From positions 434,001 to 498,000 of the forward strand of contig JAQGDQ010000125.1 of assembly GCA_030141605.1 (NCBI GenBank): DNA of 64,000 bases. The letters run 5' to 3'. How positions within the stretch are numbered: position 1 is the stretch's first letter; each line of letters opens with the position of its first letter. Position numbers and translations under genes: made by a program. Below the pieces are notes generated by a model that worked only from the letters and a program-made list of their open reading frames with translations, did no database searches and was not told the DNA's origin. Positions 49,063 to 62,734 of the stretch are shown here, piece after piece. Source of the DNA: Tubiluchus corallicola (taxonomy: Eukaryota > Animalia > Priapulida).

Positions 49063-49953
49063 ATGGGCACTGTACTGTCCATATCTCCGACTCCTCCGAG
49101 GAAGCCACTCTATGAAGATTGTTCTCTTAATAATTTCAACTACGAAGCCCTCAACAATGCCAAAAATAGCAAGGAGAAAAACTCGTTAAAGAAGCACTCG
49201 CTGTTCATCAACACGCTAAGCTGGAAGAAATTTGGTGTCAGCAACAAGAAAACAAAGGAGAAGTCCCAATCGTCCAATAGCTTGTTTAGAGGTTACCAAC
49301 TAAATCAAATTGGGGTTAAAGTGGACAACTTAAACAACGTGGAGAACAACAAAAATCTGAATAATGTGGCCAAGTCGGTCTCGTGCTACAATCTCAAATA
49401 CCCAGTTAGCAATATAAATGAATTACCACGATATGACGATCAGAAGAACAATAACGTTGTCGACAAGACTTCAAAGCCTGCCAGAAAGACGGTCATCCAA
49501 GCTAGCACTTCCGAATTATTGCGGTGTTTGGGTGACTACCTGTGTCACAAGTGTTTTAGATTAAAAGACTTTGAATCCGGCGATGCTGTGATGTGGCTGA
49601 GAAGCGTTGACCGCTCCTTGCTATTGCAAGGATGGCAGGACATTGCCTTCATAAATCCTGCTAACGTGGTCTTCATCTACATGATTGTCCGCGAACTTGT
49701 AAACGATTCTATAGAAAGTGAACATGAACTACAAGCGGTGGTGTTAACATGTCTATACCTTTCCTATTCTTACATGGGGAACGAGATTAGCTATCCATTG
49801 AAGCCGTTTCTTGTAGAGGAAAGTAGGGAAAAATTCTGGGATCGGTGTCTACGAATTATTAATGATTTAAGTGGCAACATGTTACGAATTAACGCTGATC
49901 CAAGTTATTTTACTGAAGTTTTTAGTGAATTGAAATCATGCAGCAGTGGGTAA
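49063..49953 (+). CDS. CDK5R1: Cyclin-dependent kinase 5 activator (p35/p39 family), intronless; 296 aa
   Basis: [10 protein letters not shown]-myristoylation start, [82 protein letters not shown]. The true start is the ATG at 49063, not the TTG at 49042. Confidence 0.97.
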   Translation: MGTVLSISPTPPRKPLYEDCSLNNFNYEALNNAKNSKEKNSLKKHSLFINTLSWKKFGVSNKKTKEKSQSSNSLFRGYQLNQIGVKVDNLNNVENNKNLNNVAKSVSCYNLKYPVSNINELPRYDDQKNNNVVDKTSKPARKTVIQASTSELLRCLGDYLCHKCFRLKDFESGDAVMWLRSVDRSLLLQGWQDIAFINPANVVFIYMIVRELVNDSIESEHELQAVVLTCLYLSYSYMGNEISYPLKPFLVEESREKFWDRCLRIINDLSGNMLRINADPSYFTEVFSELKSCSSG

Positions 49954-52269
49954 TAAATTTAGTTTATAATATTATAGACAATTGTGTTATCGTTAACATT
50001 AATATCACAGTTAATGTTATGCAAAAGTACGGACATTGTTTTATTTTTTGTTGTAGTCAATTTCTTGTAAATAATTATTAATTTATAATTATTGTACATA
50101 CAGGCTTTGTTGTATGTTGACTTGCATTGTGCATTCCGTGCTGTAGACTGTGGCTTCGCTGTGGTATTGACTACAGATCGATAATAGCTGGAAAATTTTC
50201 ATTTCCTTATGTGAAAAATTACCATTAAAGCATTACCAGTATGCTGTTTCTGTACATTGTAACTTTGGTCAAAAGTAATATTATAATAATGTAAAAGACA
50301 GTATGAAATAATCACATAGCAGTACTAGTAGGCCTGTTTAGTGTTTTGGAAATCCAGGGGTAGGCCTATACCTGGCTACATGTACATTTATTATTTTTAG
50401 TCATATGCACGAGAGTGCCAAATTGTAGACGTCACAGCGTATTGTTCTTATATTAAAAAATGTTATTAAAGTTATATGAGCTTGTTTTCGTTTATTCGGA
50501 CACAAATCAACTAAATAAGATGCATGAAGTGTGTATCTCTATACAGCATGAATATTCTGTAACGCTATCGAAGCATTTGAAAAATTCTCCTAAAATGAAA
50601 AAAGTTGAAACTAGTGATAAGTTAGCACCAGCGGCTTCACTCAACATTATTTACAATAATAAATAATTCGAGCGTGAATAACGACAGTTGACAGTTATTG
50701 TGCACGAATGAATCTGTGACTCACCGCCTAGTTTATTACCACTTGCTTGCATTTCTGATGAGCCCTGAGGTTGATGTCCCTCTCTCCTCATGATGACGTC
50801 ATCGAGGGATAAAGACGGGGAGATTAAACTCATCTAATATCACGGCCTTTATCTCTTGTATAAATATTGAAGAATAGGGGTGACGAAGGCTTTTAATAAA
50901 CAAGCGTGCGTGCCTGGCTTCCTAATAGTATTTGTTCGCTTACTTAGCAGGAAGTCAAGTAGGATAAGTTTTAATATAAGGCAGCATGTCTAGTATGGGT
51001 AATACTGGAATGCCCTACAGGTGGCACATTTTCGCCTGTAATAAGTTACAATACGTTTACATGGACAACATTTATTATACACTCCATGAGCGGCCCAAGA
51101 TAAGATAAAATAAGATAAGATCAATTCTATTTAATGTCGATCATTTACAGAATTAGCATGAGCAGTTAAAGCTCTTTATCGACGAGAAGTACGCTATTAT
51201 TTTTGTTGTAGACATTAAAATTTGTCAAAAAATAAATAATATTAAAGCGAATCAATGACCGCCACTCATCTGAAGTGTTACAAACTTATAACAATGCCTG
51301 ATCTTTCGTAATTCACAGTTATGGTAGTTAGCAGGTTGGACAAAAATGTGCGATAATGTGTGCCTGTAATAATTATTTTAAGTAAATGTTTCAGCAAAAC
51401 AAATTTAACAGAACGTGTCGTGATGGAATCACATCACTAAAGTATATGAAGCACACAGTACAGTTGTTAGGTAGCTACACACTGCTGATAGTATCTAAGG
51501 TTGTTTTATTAGAAATGTTGCCAGCAAAACGCTTATTGAAAATTTTATACTCTGGACTTGTAGCCTATACAAAGCTCCACTTTCTGATTAACTTTTATAT
51601 CCCTGATCGCCTGCTGACCATGTACTGGCACCGTTTAAGGCGATGTATATAAAATATGTAATGTCTTACAGGTAAAATTGTTTTAAATCTCACTAAATCA
51701 TTAATGATTTTGATGAATGAAAGTATAAATCTTTATTTGGAAGATTGTAAAGAAGACTCAAGATCCAATAATTCAGTTTTGTAACGCTTGCACATTTTTC
51801 AGCGTTTATTTGCGAGGCAAAGCTTATCTTGGACTCAAGATTGTGATTGATCGTCTAGCGAAAATGAGGCGCCATTCATTTGATGAAAGAATTGAATTGA
51901 AAAGAGCAGAACGGATCTATTCGCACACCGGAGTCTGAACACCCTTTCGACTAAAGGATTATTTGCGCGCTCTTTTTACTAAGTTAATTAAGTGCATTAG
52001 ATTTTCCGGGTATATTAACATAGCAGTATATACATAATGTATAATGAACGTTTTTATTTATCTATTTATTGATTAATCATTTATTTTAATTTTATTTATT
52101 TTTGTTTTGCTAGCTCAGCCCAAAACTTAGTTTTTCTTTAAGACATAAATGAGGAGGGCGACAAAAATGGCATAGGAAAAAGGATACAAATAAAAAACGG
52201 AAGAATGGCACACTTATAGAATATGAGTTTAGAGTTAGTGTTACTGTGGGGATAATTATTTTAATCATT

Positions 52270-52460
52270 TTTACATCTGCCAAGAAAATTATGCTTCAAC
52301 ACTGTTTGTTTGTTTGTTTGTTTGTTTGTTTGTTTGTTTGTCTGTTTGTTTGTTTGAATGGTTGTTTTTTGTCTATTACACAGCAGTAAGCCTGAAAGGC
52401 AAAAACTATTTAACAGGTTTCCACGAAACTTTGTAGGAGACAAAACTTGGGTAGGGGATA
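52270..52460 (+). mobile_element. HINE/DINE-1-like element with an internal (GTTT)n microsatellite
   Basis: ttacatctgccaagaaaattatg...(tgtt)n 52303-52355...caaaaactattt...ccacgaaactttg. Confidence 0.55.
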
Positions 52461-52994
52461 AAAAAGACGCTTTTTGAAGCATGTTCCTGGATAGAAGGAC
52501 GGGTGAAAACTGCTAAAAATGGTCGTTTTTTCACAAAACTTGACGAAACACCACGTACATCAAAAAATCGTGAAGCACTTCGTGAAAAGGGGTGTCTTAG
52601 CTCTTTGGAAAAAGGAGAACTTGGCTACAATATAAAAAGATAATTTGTTCTTTTTTATTATATTCATTAGGAGAACGATTAATAGTTAATTCCAGGTTAT
52701 ATTTCGAAAAATTCTCGCTTGGAAAATTGTGTAACGCCATTTATAACCTTTGATGGTGAATGTGTATACGTATGTTTATCAGTCTATTTTATCATCGCCA
52801 AATGGTTAAAGAAATGCAGACACACTACGGGGAATGTTCGTGCATTGTGAACGATAATTCTGCCGATTGTTGATTTCATTTAACAAAGTATCATGAGAAC
52901 TAGACAGCTCAGTTATTGTTCTACAAACAAACTATTCTTAGTTGAATATTTTAAACTAACATTGTGTGTCTTCTGCAAAGATGTTCAACAGCAA

Positions 52995-53160
52995 TTCTGC
53001 TGCCTAAGTATTAATTGCCCAAGCACCACTACCCTAAGTGTCCACAGCCAAGTTGTCCACTGCCCAATAACCTGTTACCCAAATGTCTAATGCCAAAGTT
53101 ACTGATGACAAACTATCCACCTCCCAAACATCAACTACAGAACTGTACACTGACCAAGAG
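52995..53160. repeat. ~15-bp degenerate tandem repeat (GCCCAAGTGTCCACT-like)
   Basis: Periodic ccaag/ccaaa...ccac motifs. Confidence 0.6.
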
Positions 53161-56100
53161 TTGGTGCCATTGTCGTACCTATTCTTAGTACATTTGCATC
53201 AGATTGTACAAAGTTATTAAAAGTCAAACCACATACACTGAGACTAAAATAACAGGTGTTAAACAAATGTTCAGTACTGTCATGTTCTATATGACACAGT
53301 GTACATAACAGTGATAAGATATGTTATCATTATAGAAGCCTTTAAAATTAGATTTAACATCAATCACATTTAAATGTAATTTGCTTGATTTCGCTACCTT
53401 CGTTAAGTTGACACTTCTCATTGTATTTACTTTTTGCAAGTCCTTTTTCATTCTATTCATTCAATTTATTGATTGTAATCATTATGACAAGCCAAAAACG
53501 TACTTTTCCACATAAACATTTCAAAATTGACACTGGCCCAGTGGGTAGCTTATTACGTCATTTAACATAACTGATATCCAGTGTCTTAAAAACCTTAACT
53601 TTACCGTACTTTTGTTTCAAATTGTTTTGGTTTTGCTTGTTAACGAACGTTTTCCATAGTGATTTATTGACAACATGAATTTTAACGCTTTCGCTATCAA
53701 TGTCACATTTTTTAGAAAATATGTATTAATTTATTGTATCATCACTTTGGATGACTTTTACTTATGTGCTGTTTTAATACCTGCTTTGCCAAGCAATCTT
53801 CATTTGTCTTCAGAAAAATTAATGATGAAAAAACATTAGTTTTTTTTATAATTAACTTTGTCATATTTCCATTTTCTATGTTTCCGTTTCGTTCAAGATG
53901 CCCTAATAAAAAGTCCATATTTTTGACACAATACCTTTCTCAGGACTTTATTTTGGATGCTTTCTCATACGGCTAGTTTACCTCTGCTGGTCATGTTGGT
54001 CCACAGCTGACAATTATTATAAAACATTTTAATATTGAAAGTATAATAATCATTAATACTTATTGTTGCACTGCCTACCTTACTCTCACATCCAACATTC
54101 AAAACTTCTATAACCACATGTTTGATTTTTTTCTTTTTGCAGACAAAAAATATAGTTATTGTTTTTCTTGCAAAACTAACCACCGAGATCATATTTACGT
54201 TCATTGAAATTAGACTTTTCTTAACGAGCGAAATAAAATGGTCAACATTTTCCCTCTTATTCATATTAATAACCATAACCACATACTTAGTTTTCTTCAA
54301 TTAAACGTTAAGTTTTTTGTTGCTCCATTTCTTGAAAATTCTCAACGGTATTTAGAATAGTGTTTTTGATCCAAAAGACAGAACATCATTGATGCAAAAA
54401 ATGTTAAGCCATTCGCAAATCCACATTTTGCACGTAACGTACAATGTCATAATCAATTACTGGATAGCCTCTAATATCGATAATATTGTTCATGGCAATA
54501 ATACACTGAACAGGGCCTAAAAGATTCCTTACCCGACACTTTCTGCTACTTCTAGCTGATCAGTGAAACCAAGAGGTGTATTAATTACTGCATAATCTAT
54601 GTTATTTATAATTATTATACTAATAATGTGTCACGTGTTTTGACACCTAATTTCCTTACAAAAAATTGGCTATATTTTTGTCAAGACGTTTTTCGCATCA
54701 CAAAATGAACAGTTGGAGTACTAGCTGTTCTGTTCAAATAACAGTATAAACCAAAACAACTCTCAAGGCAGATAACTGATCAATAATTGCATGTCTAGTA
54801 TCAGAGTTTAGATTTATTGCTCACAAAAAGCAATGCACATTCAATGATCTGCAAAAATAATAACAAAATGGTAGGCCAAAAAACTATTTGCGTACAATAA
54901 AATGCTTCTATATGTATTACCTACACACTGATATTAACTTGTAGGTTTCTGAATCATTTTACTGTTGTCATTTTACATTAAACTGAATCAGTTTACTCTA
55001 ATAAAATATTCTTTCAAATAACTTAGTAAGTGCGGATATCAAAAAATTCTTCCCTTGGCTTTAGTCTCTGACACGTATCTCTTGTGAACCCACCATCCTT
55101 ATACATTACAGGCTTAATAACAATTTCTTTGCATTCTTTGAGGATGTATAAAGTATTGTAAATTGTAAAGTATGTTAAACATTAACGTTAAACTATCAAT
55201 AAGATCACGACCTCCAGCAGGTTTTCTTTTTTCCAGTCTTTCCTATTTTTAAATTTTATTTCTTCAACATTATTTTAAGCAATTTAATTTGCGCAACACT
55301 GTGTCCAATTTAACTATATCTATGGTCGACGTACTTCCTGCATTAACCAACATTACAAGTGTTGCGGCTCTAAACTTCACAATTGCGAAAAACTACTTTT
55401 AGAACTTTATTTTGTTTGTCGCCAGTTTTCTTTAAAAATTTCATTGACTTTGTTTAACTTGGTGACTTTTAATTTCACTTGTAATATCAGGTTTGTTCTT
55501 TTGGTTGTGATTAATACAGGCAGTGTATTTACTAACATACAGATTGGTTAGACAGTAGGTCAGTAACAATAGATACTCAGACAGTGCCTTTAGTGGTCTA
55601 CCAGTCCCAGCCAGTGTCATTTTGCCGTGTAGCCCTTTTGATGCTTTACTTCTAGCCCTAGATTCTGCTATATATTGTTAATTGAGTGTAATTTGAAATT
55701 TATAAATTCCGTAACTACCATAATCCATGAACTCCCAAGTTACAATTGTGCTTAAGTTAAAGGCTGAATTCTAGTAAAATCCCAGTTAGCTCTTTGACTG
55801 GACTAATTTTACCCTAGGACTTAATCTTTTTACTCAAACTCAGTGGCGTGTCTTAGGCAAAATTAGTGAGGCGTTGCTTCAGGAAATTTTTAACCATTGT
55901 TTTAATAAATTGTATAAAACGAAACAAACATATATTAAGAAAATTTAGTTAAAAAGAAACACTGCCTTACACTTGCACAAATGGGTCGGTATTGTGTGAG
56001 TTACAGTGCTCTCTACCTAGCATACAGCTTTTTATCTCGCACAACAGCGTCGCTGGAACTGTGTAGTGCACAGTTTCGTACAAGGATTCTGATAATTTTA

Positions 56101-56657
56101 ACTGAGGAATGGCTACCGACATTGAGATTGACATTCTATAATGTACAAGATATTGAATGTTATCGATAACATCGAGTGAAAATAGAAGGTGCGGCAGTTC
56201 CGCAGTGGATATACACGAGCCCGGCACTGCTCAAACGAACAAGCAAAAACAGCCTAAAACTACTAAGCATGTAGTAGCGATGACAGCTTTTATTTACAAG
56301 TCCACTTTATAAAGTTCATGCAGAGTAAGGCTGACGTAATTAAATTTTATATATAGATTTTAATGACTAACACGCACTATTATACTTTGCAACATCAAAT
56401 TTATAAGCTATTCACTATTGTTTCATCAATGCTTGTTGTTACAATGAATTGTCCTGTTCTGTTACTTGTTGTTTTTTTACCTCCTAGCAAAAGGTTATCA
56501 TGGGTAGAGATAAGTTGCTATTATGAATTTCTGAGTATCTTCAAAAATTTCTGCAGAATTAATTAGGGAATAAATATGAACCGTAAAGCATGATTTTCCA
56601 TAATTTTAGGTGCCATTTGTGAGTTTAGCCTGAAGAAAGAACTTTCTTATACCCATA

Positions 56658-57353
56658 ATGACGTCTGTTGCCATTCTGGACCATGGAAACACATTTACTA
56701 TACAAGGTAAGCAGGTGTTTTTTCTAATTAAAATCATTATTAATGCCTATAAATATTTAATATAGGTAAATGTAAAAAGATTACTGTGCTTTTAAATTTG
56801 TGCTTTATTATTCCCATTTCCCAATCATGCATAATAAGTATTAGCTTATCTTTAAACCTAGCCTTGCTAATTTGTAATAACTACTTCTTTTAGATAAAAT
56901 TTGTTTGTTACATTAATTATTACTAAATGTTAAGCTTCAAAACATTTGATTAACAGTTGAATTAAACCCATAATTGCAATACAAAGCTCCCTGTATTACA
57001 AGGGACCCTGTCTTACTTAAATTTGGACAACTCCTTCCTTTTCACATTTCCACATTTCCTTCCTTTTAGTCAGCTTTGGTAAATAAGGGTTTATTTCTTC
57101 ATTTGTGTGATATTTACCAAAAACCTTTAAAGTACGATAAAAGTAAAATAAACTTTTTACTTATTTAATGCCAATAAACCTTTAAAGTAAAATATGATTA
57201 TCAGCATTGATGTGATTAATGATTTATATAATAAACTTTTGTAAAAAGTGCTATCGGTTGTCATGTTTGTGGATTACAGATCTGACTCTTGAGGAGCGAG
57301 AATTGTTAATGAACATACGTTGTCGAAAACTGGAAATATTGCAAGAAATACAG
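56658..57353 (+). CDS. CYTH1: Cytohesin (CYTH1-4/Steppke Arf-GEF) first two coding exons; the gene continues off the right edge
   Basis: Exon 56658-56706 (MTSVAILDHGNTFTIQ, phase 1) plus exon 57280-57353 (DLTLEERELLMNIRCRKLEILQEIQ, phase 0). This matches the cytohesin coiled-coil start DLTxEERxELxNIRRRKxELLxDIQ, and the intron phases fit vertebrate cytohesins as I recall them. Upstream acceptor at 56608-56609 and a probable non-coding exon with a donor at 56325. The Sec7 and PH exons are not in the window, and the paralog number is arbitrary. Confidence 0.8.
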
Positions 57354-58176
57354 GTATGTTTTAATGTTTCATAAGTGTTACATCTACCGCAGTTTAGATG
57401 CTATTTGTTGTTTATAAGCTTTTACACAGAATAAATTTCGTTATGGTGCAAGTAGTTATTGATAATATTGATAATTCCCACTCTTCTTGTTAAAAAATGC
57501 ACCTGTTTCCCAGAACTCTTCAGTTTGTTGGTTCAGAATAAGTGATGAAGAATAACTAAATTTGAGCTAACGACCGTGTGCACCTAGTGCAGGATTGTTG
57601 GTAAATTCTTGATCCCAAGCCTGGTGTCGATTTCCAAAATTATCTTTCAGATCAAGTCAGAAATGCCTAAGTGGACATTCACGTCTCCATTTAAGTGTTG
57701 AAATATTTTTTAACATCTACGTCATTATTTGATATTTTAACAAACTTCTTTTTCTGAAAAATAGTTTTACAGCAGTGCACTTTTTCTTTTCCTAAATTCC
57801 TTAAACTGCTGCTAACACAAATAATTCTCTATACTGAAACTACGGGAACTGATAGCCGGAATAAGTGAGCAGAAACACGATTGTTATTACCTGGGCAGAA
57901 ATACTGTTTCCCCGAGGACACATTTTTAGAATGTTTTTACTTATTTTGAATGCATTTGCAGACAGCTTTGTAACGAAATTTACGAAGCCATTACAAAAAA
58001 ATTTGCTCTATTTCGTCCAGTATGTGTGACATCCTTGATGCGCCCTAACCCTTAAGTCAAACATTTAGTTGTAACCAGATAACAAGCTTTTTTCATTTAT
58101 ATTTACTTAATTTATATGTGCCTAGATGTTTAAGATTTTTAAAAGGACTTTTGATACTTTATGGTATGGTACTTAG

Positions 58177-58574
58177 TAAGTTTGACGTGGTTAACCATTT
58201 AAACATTTAACCGACCGCTAGCTGCTGTAGCCCGTTTAGAAGATCACTAAATGTTTAACCATTACTTTCCTTTACATTTTAACATCACACAATTTTTTGC
58301 AAACAAATCTCGTCACACACACAGAAATTCGGTACCATAGCAACAAGGCTTTTATAAGGGAAATTCCCGTATTTTCTCTTGCTGCTCTAGATCGTGAATT
58401 TCTATGATTATAGATAATGGGGTTAGAGTTAGGCAATTTCTTCATATTAGTTTGTCATGTGTATTCGATATTTTGTTATATGTATGACGTCATCTGGAAT
58501 GGTTAAACGGTTAACCGACCACAATTAATAACGTTTAAACGATTAGTTAAAAAGCCTAACCGTCTCAACTTTAG
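58177..58574. mobile_element. MITE-like element with GGTTAA(C)CG subterminal repeats
   Basis: Left end taagtttgacgtggttaacc and right end aaccgtctcaacttta are loosely inverted. ttaaccgacc occurs at both ends. Confidence 0.55.
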
Positions 58575-58899
58575 CATGCAGTAGAATCATTGTGATGACG
58601 GAAAGCAAACTGCTAAACAAACCAATTTTAAATGCATGAGATCGATTACTGCAAGTCTCATGTCCAGTTGTAAAATTTTTTCAAGCCCAGCTACAAGTTT
58701 TGTGGTGTGATCTCATTGCAACTCGAATTGACAACTCTGATTATGGGATACAAAAAATCACTTGATATTGTTGGATTTAATTGATTGCTGGACTCTCAAG
58801 AACATTTTCTCAAATTTATCACAAAATTATTCTGTTTGCCAAGACTAGATTTTCGTGAGCAGCCTTTTAACATGTAACTCTGTTTGGCAAATTGCTTCG

Positions 58900-59350
58900 T
58901 TCATATTATAGAATAGTTTTTAGTTTTAGTTTAGTGCCAGGTGACTCGTTTGAAACGAAATAAATATTTATTGTTTGTGCTTCTTGAATGTAGTTTTTGA
59001 CATTTATCACTTTTAATGCAGTTCCTGTTAATATTTGCAGAAAAGTTTTTTTGGAAACTTTGTACATGTATACACATGTAATGAATAATGCAAGCTGTTG
59101 AGTGGTGCTGCATGTTCTTGAAATTGTCTGTAAAAAAACTCCAACTGCAAAGGAGATAGTGGTTCTTGATTTTGCAGCAAAATTTGAATTTTGTAAGAAA
59201 TTATTTGATGAAGAAACTATCAATTTCTGAGTTAGGTTGACATTTGTGGCTCTTGATCTGTCAGGAAATGTATTTCTTTTAACTTTGAATTTTGTAACAA
59301 ATTTTATATTTTGAATCAGTGCCTTTGGCCTCAGGTTTCTGTTCAACTTT
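58900..59350 (-). mobile_element. Possible decayed Penelope-like element fragment (linker/GIY-YIG region)
   Basis: 146-codon low-bias ORF, with CQKLHSRSTNNKYLFRFK in a neighbouring frame loosely resembling C.K.YVG.T...L..RF. Weak support. Confidence 0.2.
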
Positions 59351-62300
59351 ATGTTCTAACTGAAGTGTAGCTACTCTTTTAATACTGTTCTGGAATGTAA
59401 TCATCACAAGAGATCATTGTAACAGCTTTTGAAAACCACGTCACTTGTGCTGCAGCTTGACTCAAGTCTGTTAGCTTAGTCAGTTAGATTTAAAACTGGC
59501 ATTCCACTGATGTCATGTTCAAATCTCAGTGCAGTTTTATCTTCGGTACGTCATCCGCGAGTAGTGCCTTTTCCCATACCCCTCCAACTGTTTGAAATAG
59601 CCTTTCAATGAATATTAGGAACTGTAATATTATAATTACACATAAAAAAATGGCCAAAGACATATCTTTTTAAGTTAGAATATGGGAATTGAACGGGATT
59701 TTAATTTTGCTTGTGTTTTGCTAACTAGGTTTCATATTGATTTTTAATTTAAATTTTTAAGGGCTTTTTTATGAAGTTATGGTATGTATAGTTTTATGAT
59801 TTATTTTAGGCTTTGTAAAATCTTTGGCTGTAAAGTGCAACTGAGTATTTTTGTATATTTGGGGCACTATATAATTTTTATGCATTATTGTCATTATTAA
59901 TGGCATTGTTATTTTCCTATGATCGCAGTGAAAAATCTTGTGTGTTTAGTGGTGAACACCAGTTACCAGCGCGATTTTGAATAATCACTGAAAATGAAAT
60001 GTGGAATGAACTGTGCCCAATGAGCAGAGGGTGGAGTTAGGACACAAGTTTGATTTTGCTGTTGCAAGACTATTCATCATGGGGGCATTTTCTTAACAAT
60101 TTAGGGCTTAGGCAGTGATTTAGACAATGATATTGTTACTGGAATGTCATGCAAAATCTACCATTTCCAGCCTCCAAAGACTTCTTCTACACATTTTTTA
60201 TAGTAGTTTCCTTGGTTTGTGTATAAAATAATGCTCAGCTGTTTTGTGTAAATTGTATCGTAAAAGTTTTGACTTTCTTATTGTTTTTAAGACTTATTTC
60301 TTTTCCTCTAAAATTGTCTTTTAGATTGCATAGAACCGTAGTTTATGTATAGCCTTTAGTCTCGTATAAAAATTTTATTAGTGTCTGCGAAACTTGGAAA
60401 ATAAGGTGTTGAAGTTCTTTGTCAGAAATTTTGTGCATGTTTTTTGCAACATAAATTTTAAGTTGTTTTTGTTATGAATAGCCAAAGTTTTTTTTATACA
60501 GCGTGGCACTCTGTATAAAATATGATCTGAAAGGCATAGGGTAATTAAATAGCTTAATGTAGAGAGAACACCTATTTTATTGGCTAACTGATGAGAACAG
60601 AAGAAAGGCTCGAGCAAAACTTATAACATATCACAGATTACGGTTAAATCTGAGGTCAAGGTATTTTTAAAGAAAATTGTTATCTGCGCCTGTTTAACAA
60701 ACGTCGTTGCAGTGTGTTACATAAGTTAAGTTGAATATAGTTAGAAAATATCGAAATCATCTATGCATCTCACGAAACCTCGGGGCCGGGCTTTCTTGTT
60801 TTGTTCAAGCATAACTACAAGATTGAATTTTTCTTGTATTATCTAACGCTATGTTTTTACAGCTTTTTAAATTTGTTTTCATTTGGGAGTGTCTCCTACT
60901 GGTTTGTTCCAAGTAAAAACAGTCAAGTGAAGCTAATGTTTGTAAACATTTGCAGCGTCCCGCTGTGGTATTACCAAGCTTCTTGGCTGGCGCACAACTA
61001 ACTTTTCGTATTTTTCGGCAGGAAAGTGTTGTTTTGATTTCTTTCAGTTTGTTCATTTCCTCGGCATTTATCTGAATCCGTGCACGAAAAAGCGTCCTGT
61101 TACCTACGAGACACCTGACACCAGATGATGTAGGTTTTCAAGTGCTGTTGCATTTGATTAAGAGCTCTGTTGTGCCTGGATGAGCGTGTTTTTGTACGTG
61201 GCCGGGGTTATGATTAGCTGAGAAATGAACCGATGAGCTTGTGTTCACTACTTGAAAGGACGTGTAGCTACACTGTAGCTTGTTAGTTATCCCGCATTGT
61301 CGGTGCTGGGTAGAGTGATACATCGTCGATAATTGATTGATAGAGTTGAGTGATTAGCGCGCGTGCTTGCTTGATTGGTTATAATTGTTCAGATATCCGC
61401 GGCATCCGTCCCTTGTTGTACGTCCTATTTGTATTTTTCACTTTGGCGGTAGTTTCTCAGTTTTGTAATAATTATAGTCATCTTTGTGATGCTTCAATGA
61501 TGCGTATAAACTTACTGGAATTTCTAATTTTTTAATCTGCACACAACCTATTTAGTAATCGACTAATTGTTACGTTCCGTCTGTAATCAAATAATCGACA
61601 TTTTAAAAAAAATTTGCCTTTATTGCAAACAAAATTTGTTCCTTGGCTTTTTATAAAGTCTGGAGTATAGAGGGAATTTTTTAAACTAGGCCAAGTTCCC
61701 GGTCGAGGTTAGAAAAACCTAGAAGATATCGGCAGGTCCTTTGGTACAGGTTTTAATTTGTTAAATGGGACAGTTTAACTTTCTTTAGTGACATATGCTG
61801 CATTCACTGTTACCAGAGCATCTTTACTGTGTGACACAAAGAATGTGACTTAACACAGCCTCGTAAAGAACATCTGCTGGTTTTTGCGGCGATTACCCCA
61901 ACCCCATGGGCACACAGGGGTCGCTGTTTGCATCACAGTTCTCTATAGTGTTGTTTTGGAAACTAGCGCTTATGTTTCTGGTAGAAAGCAGATCTTGCCT
62001 GCACCGCATCAACGTTTCAAGTCTCTTCGTTTGATTTATTGTGGAGGAGAGGCAACAGATGACACGCGTTTTACAGAGAGACAGACAAGCAGACAGAAAG
62101 AACAAGATGAGCGACACGTGTTAAATTTAACTTATAAGTGCTGCTGACATTTGTACTTGTGTTAGTTAAATTGGGTGTCACGTGTGCCGTAACGCTGCCG
62201 TTAGTACAAAAAAGCCAATTTTATCTGCTAGATAATGTGTTGCGTGTTGGAAGTCTACTGCTATAGTAATGACAAACTGAATAATATTTAATAACAATCG

Positions 62301-62536
62301 TATAGTTTGTAGATAACCGTTGACTGTGCTGTTTGTTTTTGCATTAATCGCATTACATCGTATAATAATGTGATCATCGTACGATGCTTGATGGGCGATT
62401 AAGCGGTTTTACGTTGCTGACAGTACGTTAGAAGTTAATTATGGTCATTTAGAGCTGCTGGTCGGTTTTCAGTAGCAAACACAGCAGGTGTTGTGTGTTT
62501 TAATCACTATAATAATCTTGACTAACCTGCTGTGTA

Positions 62537-62734
62537 ATGCCAGCGCAAAGTGAAGTGTTTCCGGCGTTTGCTACACCTCTGCGTTCTACTACATTGTCCA
62601 GAAAGAAATCACCTGCGTTAAATGTAACTCATTCTTTACCTAGAAGTAGCAAAACGCAGACTTTGGATCGCACCAAAAAGATAAGAAACAAAGAGTTTTA
62701 CTTGCAATACGAAATAGCACTTGGTTATTTACAG
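62537..62734 (+). CDS. Candidate alternative first coding exon of the cytohesin gene (66 aa)
   Basis: ATG-initiated stop-free frame ending at a CAG|GTATGA donor in phase 0, the same phase as the donor at 57353. It is preceded by a CpG-richer region with GA tracts and CACGTG boxes. Confidence 0.5.

Noticed and set aside
53764-54304. ORFs 53965..54300 and neighbours
   Set aside because: Low-complexity AT-rich frames. At most a very decayed LINE relic (KTKY motif), with no splice or homology support.
60588-60620. Hammerhead-like CTGATGAG...CTCGA (also at ~50756 and ~24237)
   Set aside because: No GAAA core and no stems I/III could be formed.
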